From NCBI GenBank assembly GCA_019828565.1, contig JAHDYR010000005.1, forward strand, positions 1,171,370 to 1,235,369: DNA of 64,000 bases, written 5' to 3'. The DNA is from Carpediemonas membranifera BICM. Its lineage: Eukaryota > Protista > Fornicata. Shown one piece after another: positions 26,101 through 38,492 of the stretch. Both the position numbers and the translations under genes were made by a program. Positions within the stretch are counted from its first letter, which is position 1. Each line of letters starts with the position of its first letter. A model generated the notes under the pieces. That model was not told the origin of the DNA. It made no database searches and saw only the letters and a list, made by a program, of their open reading frames with translations.

Positions 26101-28037
26101 CTCGATTGGACTGCCACTGAGGACGAAGCATTCGCCCGTATGAAGACCCTAGTAGCCGAGCACACCGCCCTCGCGCTCCCAGACCTGAGTGCAAAGTGGA
26201 CTCTCGAGACCGACGCATCGTCGACCGCCATCGGTGGTGTACTGTGGCAGGGCGAGGGTGACGAGAAGGTCCCACTCGCCTTCTACAGCAAGACCCTCGA
26301 CGAGACCCAGCAACGGTGGTCCACGGTGGAACAGGAGCTTTTCGCCATTGTCTATTGTGTAACGCGACCAGAGTTTTCCCCCCTCTTCAAGCTGAAGCCG
26401 TTCGAGCTTCGCACGGACCATCGTAATCTGATATGGCTACTCAGGAAGACAGACGAGGACGGCACTAAGAAACTGACACGATGGCGACTCACCATGACAG
26501 AGTATCCGTATAACGTCACACACATAGCTGGAGCGCAGAACCTCGTAGCCGACGCACTGTCGCGGCCATCATCCCAGCGCAAGAACGAGGTGCGCCGCTC
26601 GATCGACCACGTCACCACGACGCGCCAAGAGCAGATCACCAGGGCGCACGCCGGTGCACAGGGCCACGTCGGCCCAGACCAGACCATCGCCAATCTGAAG
26701 CAGTCCGGTGTCACGTGGCCAGGCATGTCGGATGACGTCCGCGCGACCTTACGCCAGTGTCCAATCTGTCGCAAGACAAAGCCAGCCCGCAAGGAGCCGA
26801 TCAAGTGGCACTCTACTCAGCGCATCCGCCCATTCGAGACGGTGCAGGTGGACACCATTGGCCCTTTGCCCGAGAGAGACGGTCTCAAGTACGTCATCAC
26901 GGTGGTGGACGTGTTCTCGAAGTTCACCATATTGAAGCCCACACGGTCAACGAGCGCAGCCGAGGCAGCAGCCGCATTGCTGGAGATCTGGGCGACTTTC
27001 GGCGTCCCGGCCGAGCTCCAGTCTGACCAAGGTACACAGTTCAGGAATGCCCTAGTCGAGGAGATGAACGAGCGACTGAGCCTCAAGCACCGGTTCAGTA
27101 CGGCATATCATCCGGCCAGCAACGGCGTAGTCGAACGCCTGAATGGTACCGTCATGAGACGCTTAAGAGCGCTCCTGCTGGACGCCCGCGACGACAACTG
27201 GCCCGCATACCTGCCCATCGCCCAGCACGTTATCAACGCCACCCGCCACTCCACCACAGGCCTCAGCCCCTTCGAACTATTGTTCGGACGCAAGTCAACC
27301 ATGCTGCGCGTCGCGCCCGACGCCCTGACCAACGCAACCCAGATGCTCGAGCCGGGCTCAGTCGAAGCCGACGACATCGTCCGCTTCCAGGCCCACGTCA
27401 CGTCGCTCCAACAACTTGCCGCGATCAAGGTCAAAGCCTACGAGGTAAACAAGGCTGCAGGCTCCTCGGACAGCACACGGGCCTGGGAGAACGAAACCTA
27501 CGTCCTGCTGAGATACCCGGGCAAGCCGCCGACCAAGCTACTCCCGCCTCTGCGCGGACCGCTCCGCATGGAGGGGAAGGGCGATCACCCCAACACCTAC
27601 AAGGTGATGGATCTCGTGTCGAAGTGCGTCGCCACAGTCCACGCAGACCGACTCGTCACATTCCACGCCGACGGCCTCACGGAGAAGGAGCTCGAGGAAA
27701 TTGCCGCCTACGAGCAAGATGAACAACCCGTGGAGGCAGTCGTAGGCCACCGTAAGAAGAAGAACGGCTCTCTGGAGCTACTGATCCGTTGGGAAGGCCT
27801 CACCCCCGACGAGGACTCATACATCCCCTATAATCGCTACTACGACCAGCTCGAGGCTATCGACAGTTATCTCGAGCTCAATCCTGGTCTCAAGCCGATG
27901 TTTGAGAGTGCTAAGAAGAAGTTCCGCAGGAGCGGTCGCCGTTAGTCGTGCGACACGCATTGGGAGGGAAGTGTGCCCTTAACCTGCGGAATTCGTAAAA
28001 CAGTCTTTATCATATTTCTGGGCCCTAGCACGGCACA
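23120..28037 (+). mobile_element. Ty3/gypsy chromovirus-like LTR retrotransposon, family G2, full length
   Basis: 66-bp LTRs at 23120-23185 and 27972-28037 with no difference seen; TSD CCGC; PPT GGGAGGGAAG. Confidence 0.96.
23207..27945 (+). CDS. G2 Gag-Pol polyprotein (one frameshift near 25935)
   Basis: ORFs 23207-26002 (Gag, PR FDIGA, RT YIDD) and 25894-27945 (RNase H TDAS, integrase, chromodomain). Confidence 0.92.
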
Positions 28038-28041
28038 CCGC

Positions 28042-29818
28042 CCAGCCTAATTACTGCTGTTCTATCTCTACTTACCATCAAATTCTTTGAGGCATTTGCC
28101 CTCATTTCATGCTCTTCTATGATCTCTAGCATCCACTCCGCTAGTCTCTTTGCCTCCTCTGGTGTGTCTGCAGTGACTGCCGTGTCATCGACGAACATGG
28201 TTAGGTTGCCTGGCAGGGGATCTTACCTTGGTTCAATTCTCTTTGGTGCTTCTCTGATGTCGTAGTTCTCTTTTGTTGCTTTCTTCCTTGCCAGGTACGG
28301 CCAGTTTGCCATGTATAACAGGAACAAAGTAGGTGCAAGAACGCATCCTTGCTTCACCCCTCTGTTTGTTCTCTCCCACCTGGTAGCTCCTTTCACTGTG
28401 ATCCACGTCTCCTCTAAGGTACTCTGTATTGCCCTGATGAGGTGACTCTTGACTCCCATCCTTTCCAGCTTGTCCATCAGGATGTCTCGTGGGACGGTGT
28501 CATATGCTTTCTCTATGTCTAGGAATATCGACGTGGTACCTTTGCCACTCTGGTGTCTCTGGACTATGTATTGAATCTGCTGGATCACCTCCTTCTCAGT
28601 CTGGAACCCTGCTTGTTCTCTTGGTATATAACTCTTCGTTGCTTGTTCCAGTCTGTTCTTCAGCAGCCTTCCGTAAACTCTATATAGTAACGGCGTGAGC
28701 GATATTGGCCTATAGCTCTCTGCCTTGACCTTGGACTTTCCGGTCTTGTGTATGGCCGATATGGTCGCGTACTTCCATGTGGTCGGGATCTGGCCTTCTC
28801 TATAAATTTTGTTGATCAGCCTCGTAATTTCTCTGATGCTTTTCGTGCTTAGGTCTCTGATCATTTCTCCTGACACTTGGTCCGGCCCCATGGCCGTGTC
28901 TCTCTTTATTCTCTTGATCGCTGCTTGAACCTCTACTGCTTGGAACTCTCTCTTTGGCGCATGCCCCTCCCAGCTTCTCCACACAGGGTCTCTCCCTTGG
29001 CTTACTGTTGCATATTGCTTCAGTCAGCCTCAGTCTCCGATGACTGTTTTGTCTGTTGTTATACATCCGTCTTTGATTAAACTGTTAGGCATTCCCTTGT
29101 ATTGGTTTTCACACCACCATCTCTTGATTGCTCCTTCTATGACCACTCTGCTAGCTCTGTATCCAGCTTTGATGCTGGACTCAACATCTTGCACCCAGTC
29201 TATGCGCATTTTTTCTCTAAAATCTCGGAGTTCTCTTTGCAATGTTTCCTTTTTCCTCAAATTCCCGTCCTCACTCCAGGGGGTGAGACCGATTTCGGAC
29301 CACACTGCTGTTGTATACACCGGGTCTCTCTCTGTTTTCCTCTTCCTAGAGCGCGGTATCTCTTCTCCTATGTCTCTCCTGACTCTTGTTTCCCATTGGT
29401 CTATTGATTGATTGGGTTTTAGGTGACTTACTCCGGCGCTGCCTTCTCTTGCCTTCATTGGCCATACATTCGCGTTCGCAATGTCAACCCACTCCTCCTG
29501 GCTATCTCTCTTGTTGAAGTCTCTCTCTTCCCAGGTGAGAATGATTCCCTCATGGGCTGAGCCCCAGACCCCCAGGTTGCCCGAATCAATCACTTCCGCC
29601 GAACAACTCTGGATATTCCTTGATACCAGTGCATAGTCTGGTGTGGTACCGGCTGAGGCGTAGGAGGGTCTCACCGGAGCTATTACCCTGAGGCCATAGT
29701 CTCTCAGTAGCTGCCTCCATCTACCACTTCTGTTCATACCTGATGCTGGTTCGTTCCAGTCTCCAACTAGTATGACCTCCATATTCCCTTTTGTTTCTAG
29801 TAAGTCTCTAATATCATT
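28042..29818 (-). pseudogene. L-B ORF2 APE and RT part
   Basis: ORFs 29030-29866 and 28223-28984; in-frame TAA at 28223 just before LTMFVDD. Confidence 0.85.
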
Positions 29819-30619
29819 GGCACAGCCGCTCAGCACCGCCTTGCGCTGCTCAAACTCCGCAAACACATTCGCGCTTCGAATCCCGACCTAAAAGCGCACA
29901 GCTACAGCCCACTTCCGGACCTCACCGTTCGGACCGTGATCCGCGGCCTGGCCCTGAAAGGGTACGACACTACCGCCGAGCCACTGTACGAGGCAGTCAT
30001 CGAGCGGGACGACAGCGGCACTTGGCGGACCGCCGCTGAGTGCTTACAGGCCCTCCAGGATCTGGAGATCGACCACCAGGGCGACGTCATCATCCCTTGG
30101 CGCGCATTCGCCACTCCTGCCCCGCCAAAGACCCAGAAGAGTGACAAGAAGAAGCGTGACAACAACCGACCTCCCGGCAGCAACCAGCAAAACAACGCTC
30201 GGGAGGGGCAAGACGGCAAGCCTCGTCCTAAGATCGTCCCCGGCCCTGACCCCTACGTTCAGTTCAAGGATAAGGACCACTACACCATCAACAGCAGCAA
30301 GTACTGCGATACCCACGGATGGCAAGGACACACCACCAAGGAGTGCAAGGGCATTCTCGTCAAGCCCAAGGCCGAAGTGGATGAGGTCCTCTCGACCCCT
30401 GACGCCATCACGGTCCCGGTCACGATCGGCGGCAGCGTGACCCGCCCCAGCAAGCTCGACAGCGGTGCCGATGTCTGTATCGCCAGCGAGGCTTTAGCCA
30501 ACCTGCTGCCCACCGAAAGAGTCCCCTCGGACTTGGTCTTACGTGCTGCCGATGACCGCGTCATCTCAACCGGAGAAAAGGTCAATGTGCTCATCTCGAT
30601 TGGAATCGGGACTAAGCAG

Positions 30620-31807
30620 TGACAGTAGCACCAGAACTGTAGCTTCCCAACTACACTGACATACTGTTTGCCCGACACGCATGAGGCCTCCAGTAGTGCC
30701 TCTACAGCTGTCTTGTACTTGGTCGCTCTCTCCTGGGAGATCGATACCTGCTGCAGGGTTGTGTCTAGAATGACACCCAAGAACTCGAGGCGTTGCACTG
30801 GCGTCAGGATAGACTTCTCGGCGTTGATGACGAGGCCCAAGTCCTTCATAATCCTGAGGATGGCTGGCACGGCTTGGGTCATGTGCCCTCTCGACGGGTG
30901 TAAGAACAGCCAGTCGTCGAGGTAGACGACTACGGATATCCCAGTCAGCTTCCGAACTATCTTCGCGGCCTCTATCATTATGGACTGGAAGATGAATGGA
31001 GAGGCCTGCCAGCCGAAGCCCAGCACATTGTATTTGTAGTACCCCCTGGCCGTCTGAAGGCCTAGGAGTGAGGAGTCCTCCTCCCTCACTCCTATCTGGT
31101 GGTAACCAGCTTTGAGGTCTAGTTTCATCATGTGGTAGTCCCGGCCGAGCAGAGATATGGCTCGTCGGTAATTCCCCTCAGGCGGAACGTTTGAGTCTCC
31201 CGTGTGACTTTGTTGAGTTCTCTCAAGTCGTGAATGACCCTGATGTCCTGGAGGCCCTTTGGCACGGAGAAAATCGGCGAGACCAGCCGAAGGGAGGCTG
31301 GGGAAACTGGGGAGAGAGCCCCCGAGAGGACCAGGTCGTCGAGGATGGCTTGGATTCGCGGACAGGAGGAGGGTTTCGACGGCGGGGGAGATGGGGGACC
31401 AGTCAGGTCTATGGGAACCTCGTCCCTTAGCCATGCCACTACCTGAGGAGACGCACCAAGGTGTTCCCACCACACCCAGCGACGGTTCGCGGATGGGAAA
31501 GTTACTTGGCTCGGCGGTTGTTTGGATGGGGGTCCCGAAAAAAAATCCTTAGCCTTGCGCTTAACTGGGGGGGTGCGTTGCTTAGAGAGGATCGTGATGT
31601 ATGTGTCCTTCACCTGCTGCTCGGTCTGGAGCTCGTCTCGAGCTAGAAGGTCGTCGAACTTCGCCTTGAGGACGAGGGCGAAAGCGGGGTCCTCGTATGT
31701 GTCCTTGACGTAGAGGAAGTAGTAGCGACAGACCATCTTAATGGCGATCTTGTTGGGCGTGCATTTGGAGAAGAGAAAGTCCTCGAACATCTCCTCGAGG
31801 TTCTCAG
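30620..31807 (-). mobile_element. PAT/DIRS retrotransposon fragment (gag 3' half and RT)
   Basis: RVIHDLR, KLDLKAGYHQI, LGFG..SP, YLDDWL, FLG; homologous to RT at 58895-60625; gag continues from 56350-56428. Confidence 0.85.
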
Positions 31808-31950
31808 TGTGGCAGTGTGCCAATCAAATATTTTATTTGATTGGCGATTCGATCCGCCATTCCGGTCGACACTGTTGTGTCGACTTATCTTTGACTAAAG
31901 CACCAAGTTGTTTTTCCGTCCTCTCGAGCACAGTATTAATACTCTCCATC

Positions 31951-33130
31951 ATGGTGTTGCCTACTCCCATAGAGCAGCCCAGTATCCCCTTGGCCGGTCT
32001 TTCCGCCGACTCCTGGCGGGCCGCCAAGCGCTCATTCAGAAAGTTCCAGGTATACTACCCCGAGGCCAAGATCTCCCTGTTTTTAGACGACGACCTCTAC
32101 AACGCCCTCGAGCTCCAGTTCGATGCCGATCTGGACACGCTCACTGACGAAGAGGTGGGTCACCTCATCGAGCGTCTGATCGCTCCAAGAGACCTACTCT
32201 CACTCAAGGAACGTCTCGATAAGATTGTCTGTGCCGTGGACGCAACGCACAAGAAGTCTAGAATCGTTCTAGTCCGAGACTATATCCACCGCTTCAACGA
32301 GGTTTTTAACCTGCACACCGTACTACAACGTGATGACGACAACGACTCCGACTCCGAATCCGACAGCAGCTCCGACAGCGACTACGAAGAAGCAGCCATC
32401 GTCCCTGTAAGGCACGTCGACGGTGATGCCCCTGATGACGACGATCCCGATCCTCAATCCCCCTCAGGCTTTCTGAAAGACTGTATGAGGATCTTCACCG
32501 ACAACCTACGTCCGAAGCCCTTCAAGGAGGTCATGAAGTTCAAGAAGGCTGAACGCAAGCCCACCGCCATGGATGATCTCCAGCGCCTTGCCCTCCGCGT
32601 TGCCAAACGCGACGACAACGCCCGCGAGGAGGCTCTCCGCTACGGCTACTACGCCCAGAGCTCCACTCCAGCCAACAATAACGGCAACACCGGGCCCTCG
32701 GGTGACAACACCCGGCAGCCGGCACGCCCCTGTCGCCACTGTCAGGGCAACCACTTCGACCGAGATTGCCCCTCTCGTCAGTCACGTGGTCCCCAGACAC
32801 AGGTCAACTTCGCGAAAAGCCGCGGAGCCGACGCCCTTAAGGTGCCCGCCTCATGCGGCACGTCCCACTTCCAAGCCATCATTGACACGGGCGCAGCAAT
32901 CTCATGCACGAGTGATCGTTACGCAAAGATATGGCAGCTCCCCCGCACCAGCATCGACCCCGTGTCGGTCACTCTCGCCGACGGCAGCTCAATCACCGTC
33001 AATCAGGCCGTAGATGCGCCCATCCTCTTCACAGGCCTCGCCGGATTCCCTGTCGCTGTCTCCGTCCGTTTCATCATCCTCCCTGGCCGCCAGTGTCCTC
33101 TAATCGGGTGCGACACTCTCAGAGACCTCG
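31951..33130 (+). CDS. G4 Gag-protease (interrupted)
   Basis: CCHC CRHCQGNHFDRDC, IIDTGAA, LIGCD; cut by the LINE insertion. Confidence 0.88.
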
Positions 33131-35095
33131 AAAGAAAGAAAGAAATTTAACGTATCCTGTACACCTGTGTAAATCAGGGAATTACCAGTTTGCACCACCC
33201 CATGTCCCCGGGAACGCCTTAGCGTGTTGACTTCCCTTCGTGAGCGAGCCTGATACTACGTTGGGGGCGTTAGCACCATCACCGTCAGGGTCCAGCTGGT
33301 AAGGCTGGGTAGTCCCTTGCATGTTGACCTATCAACTGGCTGGCCCGATACCCCCAAAGTCGGGATAACCCAGGTCTTACTCTTGGGGGTCCTTCGGGCC
33401 CCCGTTCTGCCTGGCACCCGCAAGGCCTTGCCCTGCACACCCGCCACCGGGGCCTTCTGCTCGGTTTCCCCCTACAGGGCTCCTCTCAGGGATATGTTCT
33501 CCATACCATTCGACCCAGTTTGCAATTTTTCAGGCACCCGCCGAAGCGGTTTCGGGCTTGGCGTTTGCCGTACCACGCAATTGGGCCAGTTATGAAACCC
33601 ACCGATCATCGCTGGGTAGCTATATGATTCACGGCTGCGTTCGGGCTCTTCCACACTTTCCGTTCCGGCATGGATCCCCTCTTCAAGGATTTGTTCCCTA
33701 TAGGGCTTCTTCCTAGCTTCCGGCTGGTTCCAAGTTTTGGGTGCCGGGCCGTTCGGCGCAGCTCTGATTTGGTCCAGGTGCCGCCCAGGTGGTATTGTTG
33801 CCATGCAGTCAATTCTGGTACCTTTTCTGGAACAAATGGTTCCAGAATTGGTTCCAGAATGCCAGAAAAAATGGCATTTGCAAGAAAAACTAAACGCGTT
33901 CAAACAATTTAGCGACGCCTTGCCACGGGGTGTAAAGCAATATGCAACTAATACTGGGCCCAAGGAACGTTGATACGTACTGCTCTCATGAACTCACTCA
34001 CTTTTCAGCAGAGCTCGACCAAAAACTAACAGAGGCTTGCCCGAGGTGTGCTTAAGCCAGCTCCAACTCTCTCTCAGTCTGTGACAGCTCCCCCAAAAAA
34101 TTATTCTTGCTCAAAGTTGAGGTTTTCGGGAAATACTGCCAAAAAGTTTGCTTCTGCTCAAGAACGGGGGATGCGCGTTGGATACCGACACCGTTACGTA
34201 ACAGTTTAACATTCATTATAACAGCGCTAGCCTCCAGATTTCCTTGCGCACGCCTTTATCTGGAGAAAATAGCACAAACTTTCGCAAGCAAACGCAAATC
34301 GATGAAAAATATGTTTCATGTCCAACGGGCTAAAACTGAGCACAGTGTTATTCATCCTTCTATTCTACTAGTTTATCACTTCAAAAGGATCTGAACTTCA
34401 GTATTGATGGTGTTATAGGCACTGGTTCGGTTCGAGTCAAAACTGACTAAACTGTGACGACGGCTAGGTGTTGAAACATGCCATACTCACTCGTAGCGTG
34501 GCGCTTAATAGTGCCAGAATTGCTTCACTGCCACAAATCAATGGAGGTTCATGTTTGTGCATAAAGTACACAAACATGAGAAGACACGAATTCGTCACTG
34601 AATTAGAGACGATGCGCATAAGAATCAAAGATTTGGTTCAAATAGAGGAATACTACCTCTTTGCAGACGATATCGCGAAGGAATACCTTGATGTTGCGTC
34701 CATATACCTGATGAAGGCAATCCTACGTTCTCAGTGAGGCAACTAGCAAACATGAACCGTATCAAGAGACAAATATTGAAGCACTCCCCGTCCACATCAT
34801 GTTTGATAAATTTTCTGGTGTCATTCTGCTGTTAATATCAGACAAGCAAACAACGTAGTGATGCGGAGAGACCGCGTGGCAGGGCATGATGCACCTGTTG
34901 ATACCAGGAGCGCTGTCTGGTATGATGATTAATTGCAACGAACGCGATCACCGGAAATTACCTTACCTTACCTTACCTGCAGGTACCATGGGTGTTCGTT
35001 TTCGTCTCTAAACGCCATCGTGTAAGAGCATAAAGAGCATTTTCTGTTTACTGTGCCGTTGGGGGATTGATGGCGCTGGCGTAGGGGTGCTGTGT

Positions 35096-36091
35096 AGGCG
35101 CCAGGGATGAGGCGCCAGAGATGAGGCGCCATGAATGAGGCGCCAGGATGAGGCGCCAGAGATGAGGCGCCAGGGATGAGGCGCCAGGATGAGGCGCCAG
35201 GATGAGGCGCCAGGGATGAGGCGCCAGGGATGAGGCGCCAGAGATGAGGCGCCATGAATGAGGCGCCAGGATGAGGCGCCAGGGATGAGGCGCCAGGATG
35301 AGGCGCCAGAGATGAGGCGCCAGGGATGAGGCGCCAGGATGAGGCGCCAGGGATGAGGCGCCAGAGATGAGGCGCCATGAATGAGGCGCCAGAGATGAGG
35401 CGCCAGGGATGAGGCGCCAGGATGAGGCGCCAGAGATGAGGCGCCAGGGATGAGGCGCCAGGATGAGGCGCCAGGGATGAGGCGCCAGAGATGAGGCGCC
35501 ATGAATGAGGCGCCAGAGATGAGGCGCCAGGGATGAGGCGCCAGGATGAGGGCGCCAGAGATGAGGGCGCCAGGAATGAGGCGCCAGGATGAGGCGCCAG
35601 GGATGAGGCGCCAGAGATGAGGCGCCAGGGATGAGGCGCCAGGAATGAGGCGCCAGGATGAGGCGCCAGGATGAGGCGCCAGGGATGAGGCGCCAGGATG
35701 AGGCGCCAGGATGAGGGCGCCAGAGATGAGGCGCCAGGATGAGGCGCCAGGATGAGGGCGCCAGAGATGAGGCGCCAGGGATGAGACGCCAGAGATGAGG
35801 CGCCAGGGATGAGGCGCCAGGAATGAGGCGCCAGGATGAGGCGCCAGGATGAGGGCGCCAGAGATGAGGCGCCAGGGATGAGACGCCAGGGATGAGGCGC
35901 CAGGGATGAGGCGCCAGGGATGAGGCGCCAGAGATGAGGCGCCAGGGATGAGGCGCCAGGATGAGGCGCCAGGGATGAGGCGCCAGGATGAGGCGCCAGA
36001 GATGAGGCGCCAGGAATGAGGCGCCAGAGATGAGGCGCCAGGGATGAGGCGCCAGGGATGAGGCGCCAGGGATGAGGCGCCAGGAATGAGG
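35096..36091 (+). repeat. Minisatellite of 13-14-bp units GATGAGGCGCCAG(G)
   Basis: Directly visible tandem array of about 1 kb. Confidence 0.97.
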
Positions 36092-36457
36092 AGTACAGTA
36101 TTAGAACCCCGAAAACACCATAATACCAACACCAATGAGCTTCATCAAAGAAAAGATATGCTCACTGGCGCCGGTTATGGCGTTTTCGGGGTTCGTCGAC
36201 CATTCTGCTCCCAAATCTGCACCTGTATTTTCGTGAGCATGCCCGGGAGCTGGGCCTGACGAGTGATACCGCAGGGACCACGCTCAGATGCTCAGGCTCT
36301 GCCAGGCGGCACTCGTCAGAATTCTGCACGAAAAAATTCAGACGACGAATGATGGGCAAGGGCCGCGAAAACGCTGAAGTACCAGCGCAAGTAGAGCGGT
36401 TTGCAATAAAATAGCTTACTTGCGCTGGTGCTGGCGTTTTCGGGGCCCTGAATTGCC

Positions 36458-37470
36458 TCCGGGCGCTCTCCCGGCGCTCTATCCCCCGGGCGCTCTCCCG
36501 GGCTTCTCTCTCCAGGGCTCTTCTCCCGGGCTTCTCTCTCCCGAGTTCTTCTCCCCCGGGCGCTCTCCCGCCGCTCTATCCCCCGGGCTCTTCTCCCCCG
36601 GGCGCTCTCTCGGGCTTCTCTCTCCAGGGCTCTTCTCCCGGGCTTCTCTCTCCCGCGCTCTTCTCCCCCGGGCGCTCTCCCAGGCTTCTCTCTCCCGGGC
36701 TCCTCTCTCCCGGGCGCTCTCCCGGGCTTCTCTCTCCCGGGCTCTTCTCCCCCGGGCGCTCTCCGCCGCTCTATCCCCCGGGCTCTTCTCCCCCGGGCGC
36801 TCTCCCGGGCTTCTCTCTCCCGCGCTCTTCTCCCCCGGGCGCTCTCCCGGGCTCCTCTCTCCCGGGCTCCTCTCTCCCGGGCGCTCTCCCAGGCTTCTCT
36901 CTCCCGGGCTCCTCTCTCCCGGGCGCTCTCCCGGGCTTCTCTCTCCCGGGCTCTTCTCCCCCGGGCGCTCTCCCGGGCTTCTCTCTCCCGCGCTCTTCTC
37001 CCCCGGGCGCTCTCCCGGGCTCCTCTCTCCCGGGCTCCTCTCTCCCGGGCTTCTCTCTCCCGGGCTCTTCTCCCCCGGGCGCTCTCCCGGGCTTCTCTCT
37101 CCCGCGCTCTTCTCCCCCGGGCGCTCTCCCGGGCTCCTCTCTCCCGGGCTCCTCTCTCCCGGGCGCTCTCCCAGACTTCTCTCTCCCGGGCGCTCTCCCG
37201 GGCTTCTCTCTCCCGCGCTCTTCTCCCCCGGGCGCTCTCCCAGGCTTCTCTCTCCCGGGCTCCTCTCTCCCGGGCGCTCTCCCGGGCTTCTCTCTCCCGG
37301 GCTCTTCTCCCCCGGGCGCTCTCCCGGGCTCCTCTCTCCCGCGCTCTTCTCCCCCGGGCGCTCTCCCGGGCTCCTCTCTCCCGCGCTCTTCTCCCCCGGG
37401 CTCCTCTCCCCTGGGCTCTTCTCCCCCGGGCTCTATCCTCCGGGGCTCCTGTCCCCAGCGCTGTTTCCCA
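36458..37470 (+). repeat. Pyrimidine-rich minisatellite (CTCTCTCCCGGG-type units)
   Basis: Directly visible tandem array of about 1 kb. Confidence 0.95.
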
Positions 37471-37945
37471 GGCGCTCTGCTCTCTCCAGCGTCCTCACTC
37501 GTAAATGTACGTTGCTGTCTTGTCTGCTTGATCTGATTTCATTTAGTGTGCACTTTAGGGGATAGTTTCATTGCAACGCCAAAATGGCGAGTTCAGGTTG
37601 TAGCAATGATCTGATGCGCGGAATGTACTAGAAAACATTGCAATTACAACGCAAAGCAGCGAAAAGCGGAGAAATCAACATCAATAACAACATCAACACC
37701 AAAAGAACAGTATCCCAAAGAATTGTGGGCGTTGCTGCGCCAAAGAGCAATAAATGACCACAAAGCATTCGCTTATGCACAATTAGCTGCCAGAAAGAAC
37801 ACTACACCGTTACTTTGGATCATCCCAGTTCGCCGGAGATGACGCAGGTCCAGAACGCTGCCTTGGAGGGCTGGTGAAGCGGTTGTGTAGCGCTTACTCG
37901 CCTGGCCTTTGGGGCTCTCTCAACATCCTTCCAGACTACTGCATT

Positions 37946-38359
37946 GTCATTCACCGGAGGAGCAGGCCAGAGTCACTTGCCATCTGGCGCATCATGAGGA
38001 GATATTGGAATGTGTTGATGTGTTTATTGACTAAATGAGCTGGAATTAGGCGGGTTTGATGTTGCTTACATGTTCTGTGGCATGCCTGATGTCCAAAGAT
38101 GTATTTTGGCACAGTGATGTTGTTTAGTGTGCTCATAGCTGACCGCATAGTTATCTGACGTCAATGTGTCGTGTTGATGGCAACAAATCGATGGTAGCTC
38201 GCACGTTTGAGGTAGTTGCTTGTTGCATCGATGCAACGCACTTTAAGGATTAACCACCTGCACCCCATAGCCGTTTCCTAAGGCCAGATACGGTCCTCTG
38301 TAGCGTATATACACGCGTGAATTGGGACTAGATGGGACTAGATGCAGTGTTGTGGCATG
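37946..38359 (+). repeat. Duplicated 414-bp block (copy at 42992-43405)
   Basis: Near-identical sequence; same 65-aa ORF in both. Confidence 0.92.
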
Positions 38360-38492
38360 CCCGGTCTAGCTGAATCCACAAATGTGGATCGGCTCGGGCT
38401 GCCGTATAGGTGGCCTGCTCTGGACTTATGGCTGGAGATACAGTTGGCAGGTAGTTGACTCGTACATGCTCATATGGACAACCGACGGCCAT

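Larger units (their letters stand above)
21217..29818 (-). mobile_element. 5'-truncated APE-RT LINE (family L-B), interrupted by G2
   Basis: 15-bp TSD GGCACAGCCGCTCAG at 21202-21216 and 29819-29833; (TTC)n tail; APE GDWN/DY/SAH, RT GPD, YRPISL, LDIEKAYD, QG, FVDD. Confidence 0.92.
20362..30618 (+). mobile_element. Gypsy family G6, 5' part: LTR 20362-20462, gag-protease at 20455-21216 and 29834-30618, interrupted by a LINE
   Basis: 101-bp TG..CA segment. Gag is homologous to G2 Gag (WRPT..F.TF, IIPWRAF, YCDTHGW..HTTKEC); protease KLDSGAD; halves joined by the LINE TSD. Confidence 0.8.
34933..37902 (+). repeat. Duplicated block, copy 1 (copy 2 at 43485-45270)
   Basis: Near-identical unique flanks and spacer; satellite copy numbers differ. 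Confidence 0.9.

Noticed and set aside
28223-28225. In-frame TAA as evidence of an alternative genetic code
   Set aside because: Single instance in an already disrupted LINE; long ORFs elsewhere are stop-free and several end in TAA or TAG.
35096-36091. Possible CRISPR array
   Set aside because: Contiguous tandem units with no unique spacers, no cas genes, eukaryotic context.
35008-37565. 375-aa and 381-aa ORFs through the satellites (also 43520-44323)
   Set aside because: The repeat units lack stop codons on those strands and unit lengths shift the frame freely, so long ORFs are expected by chance.
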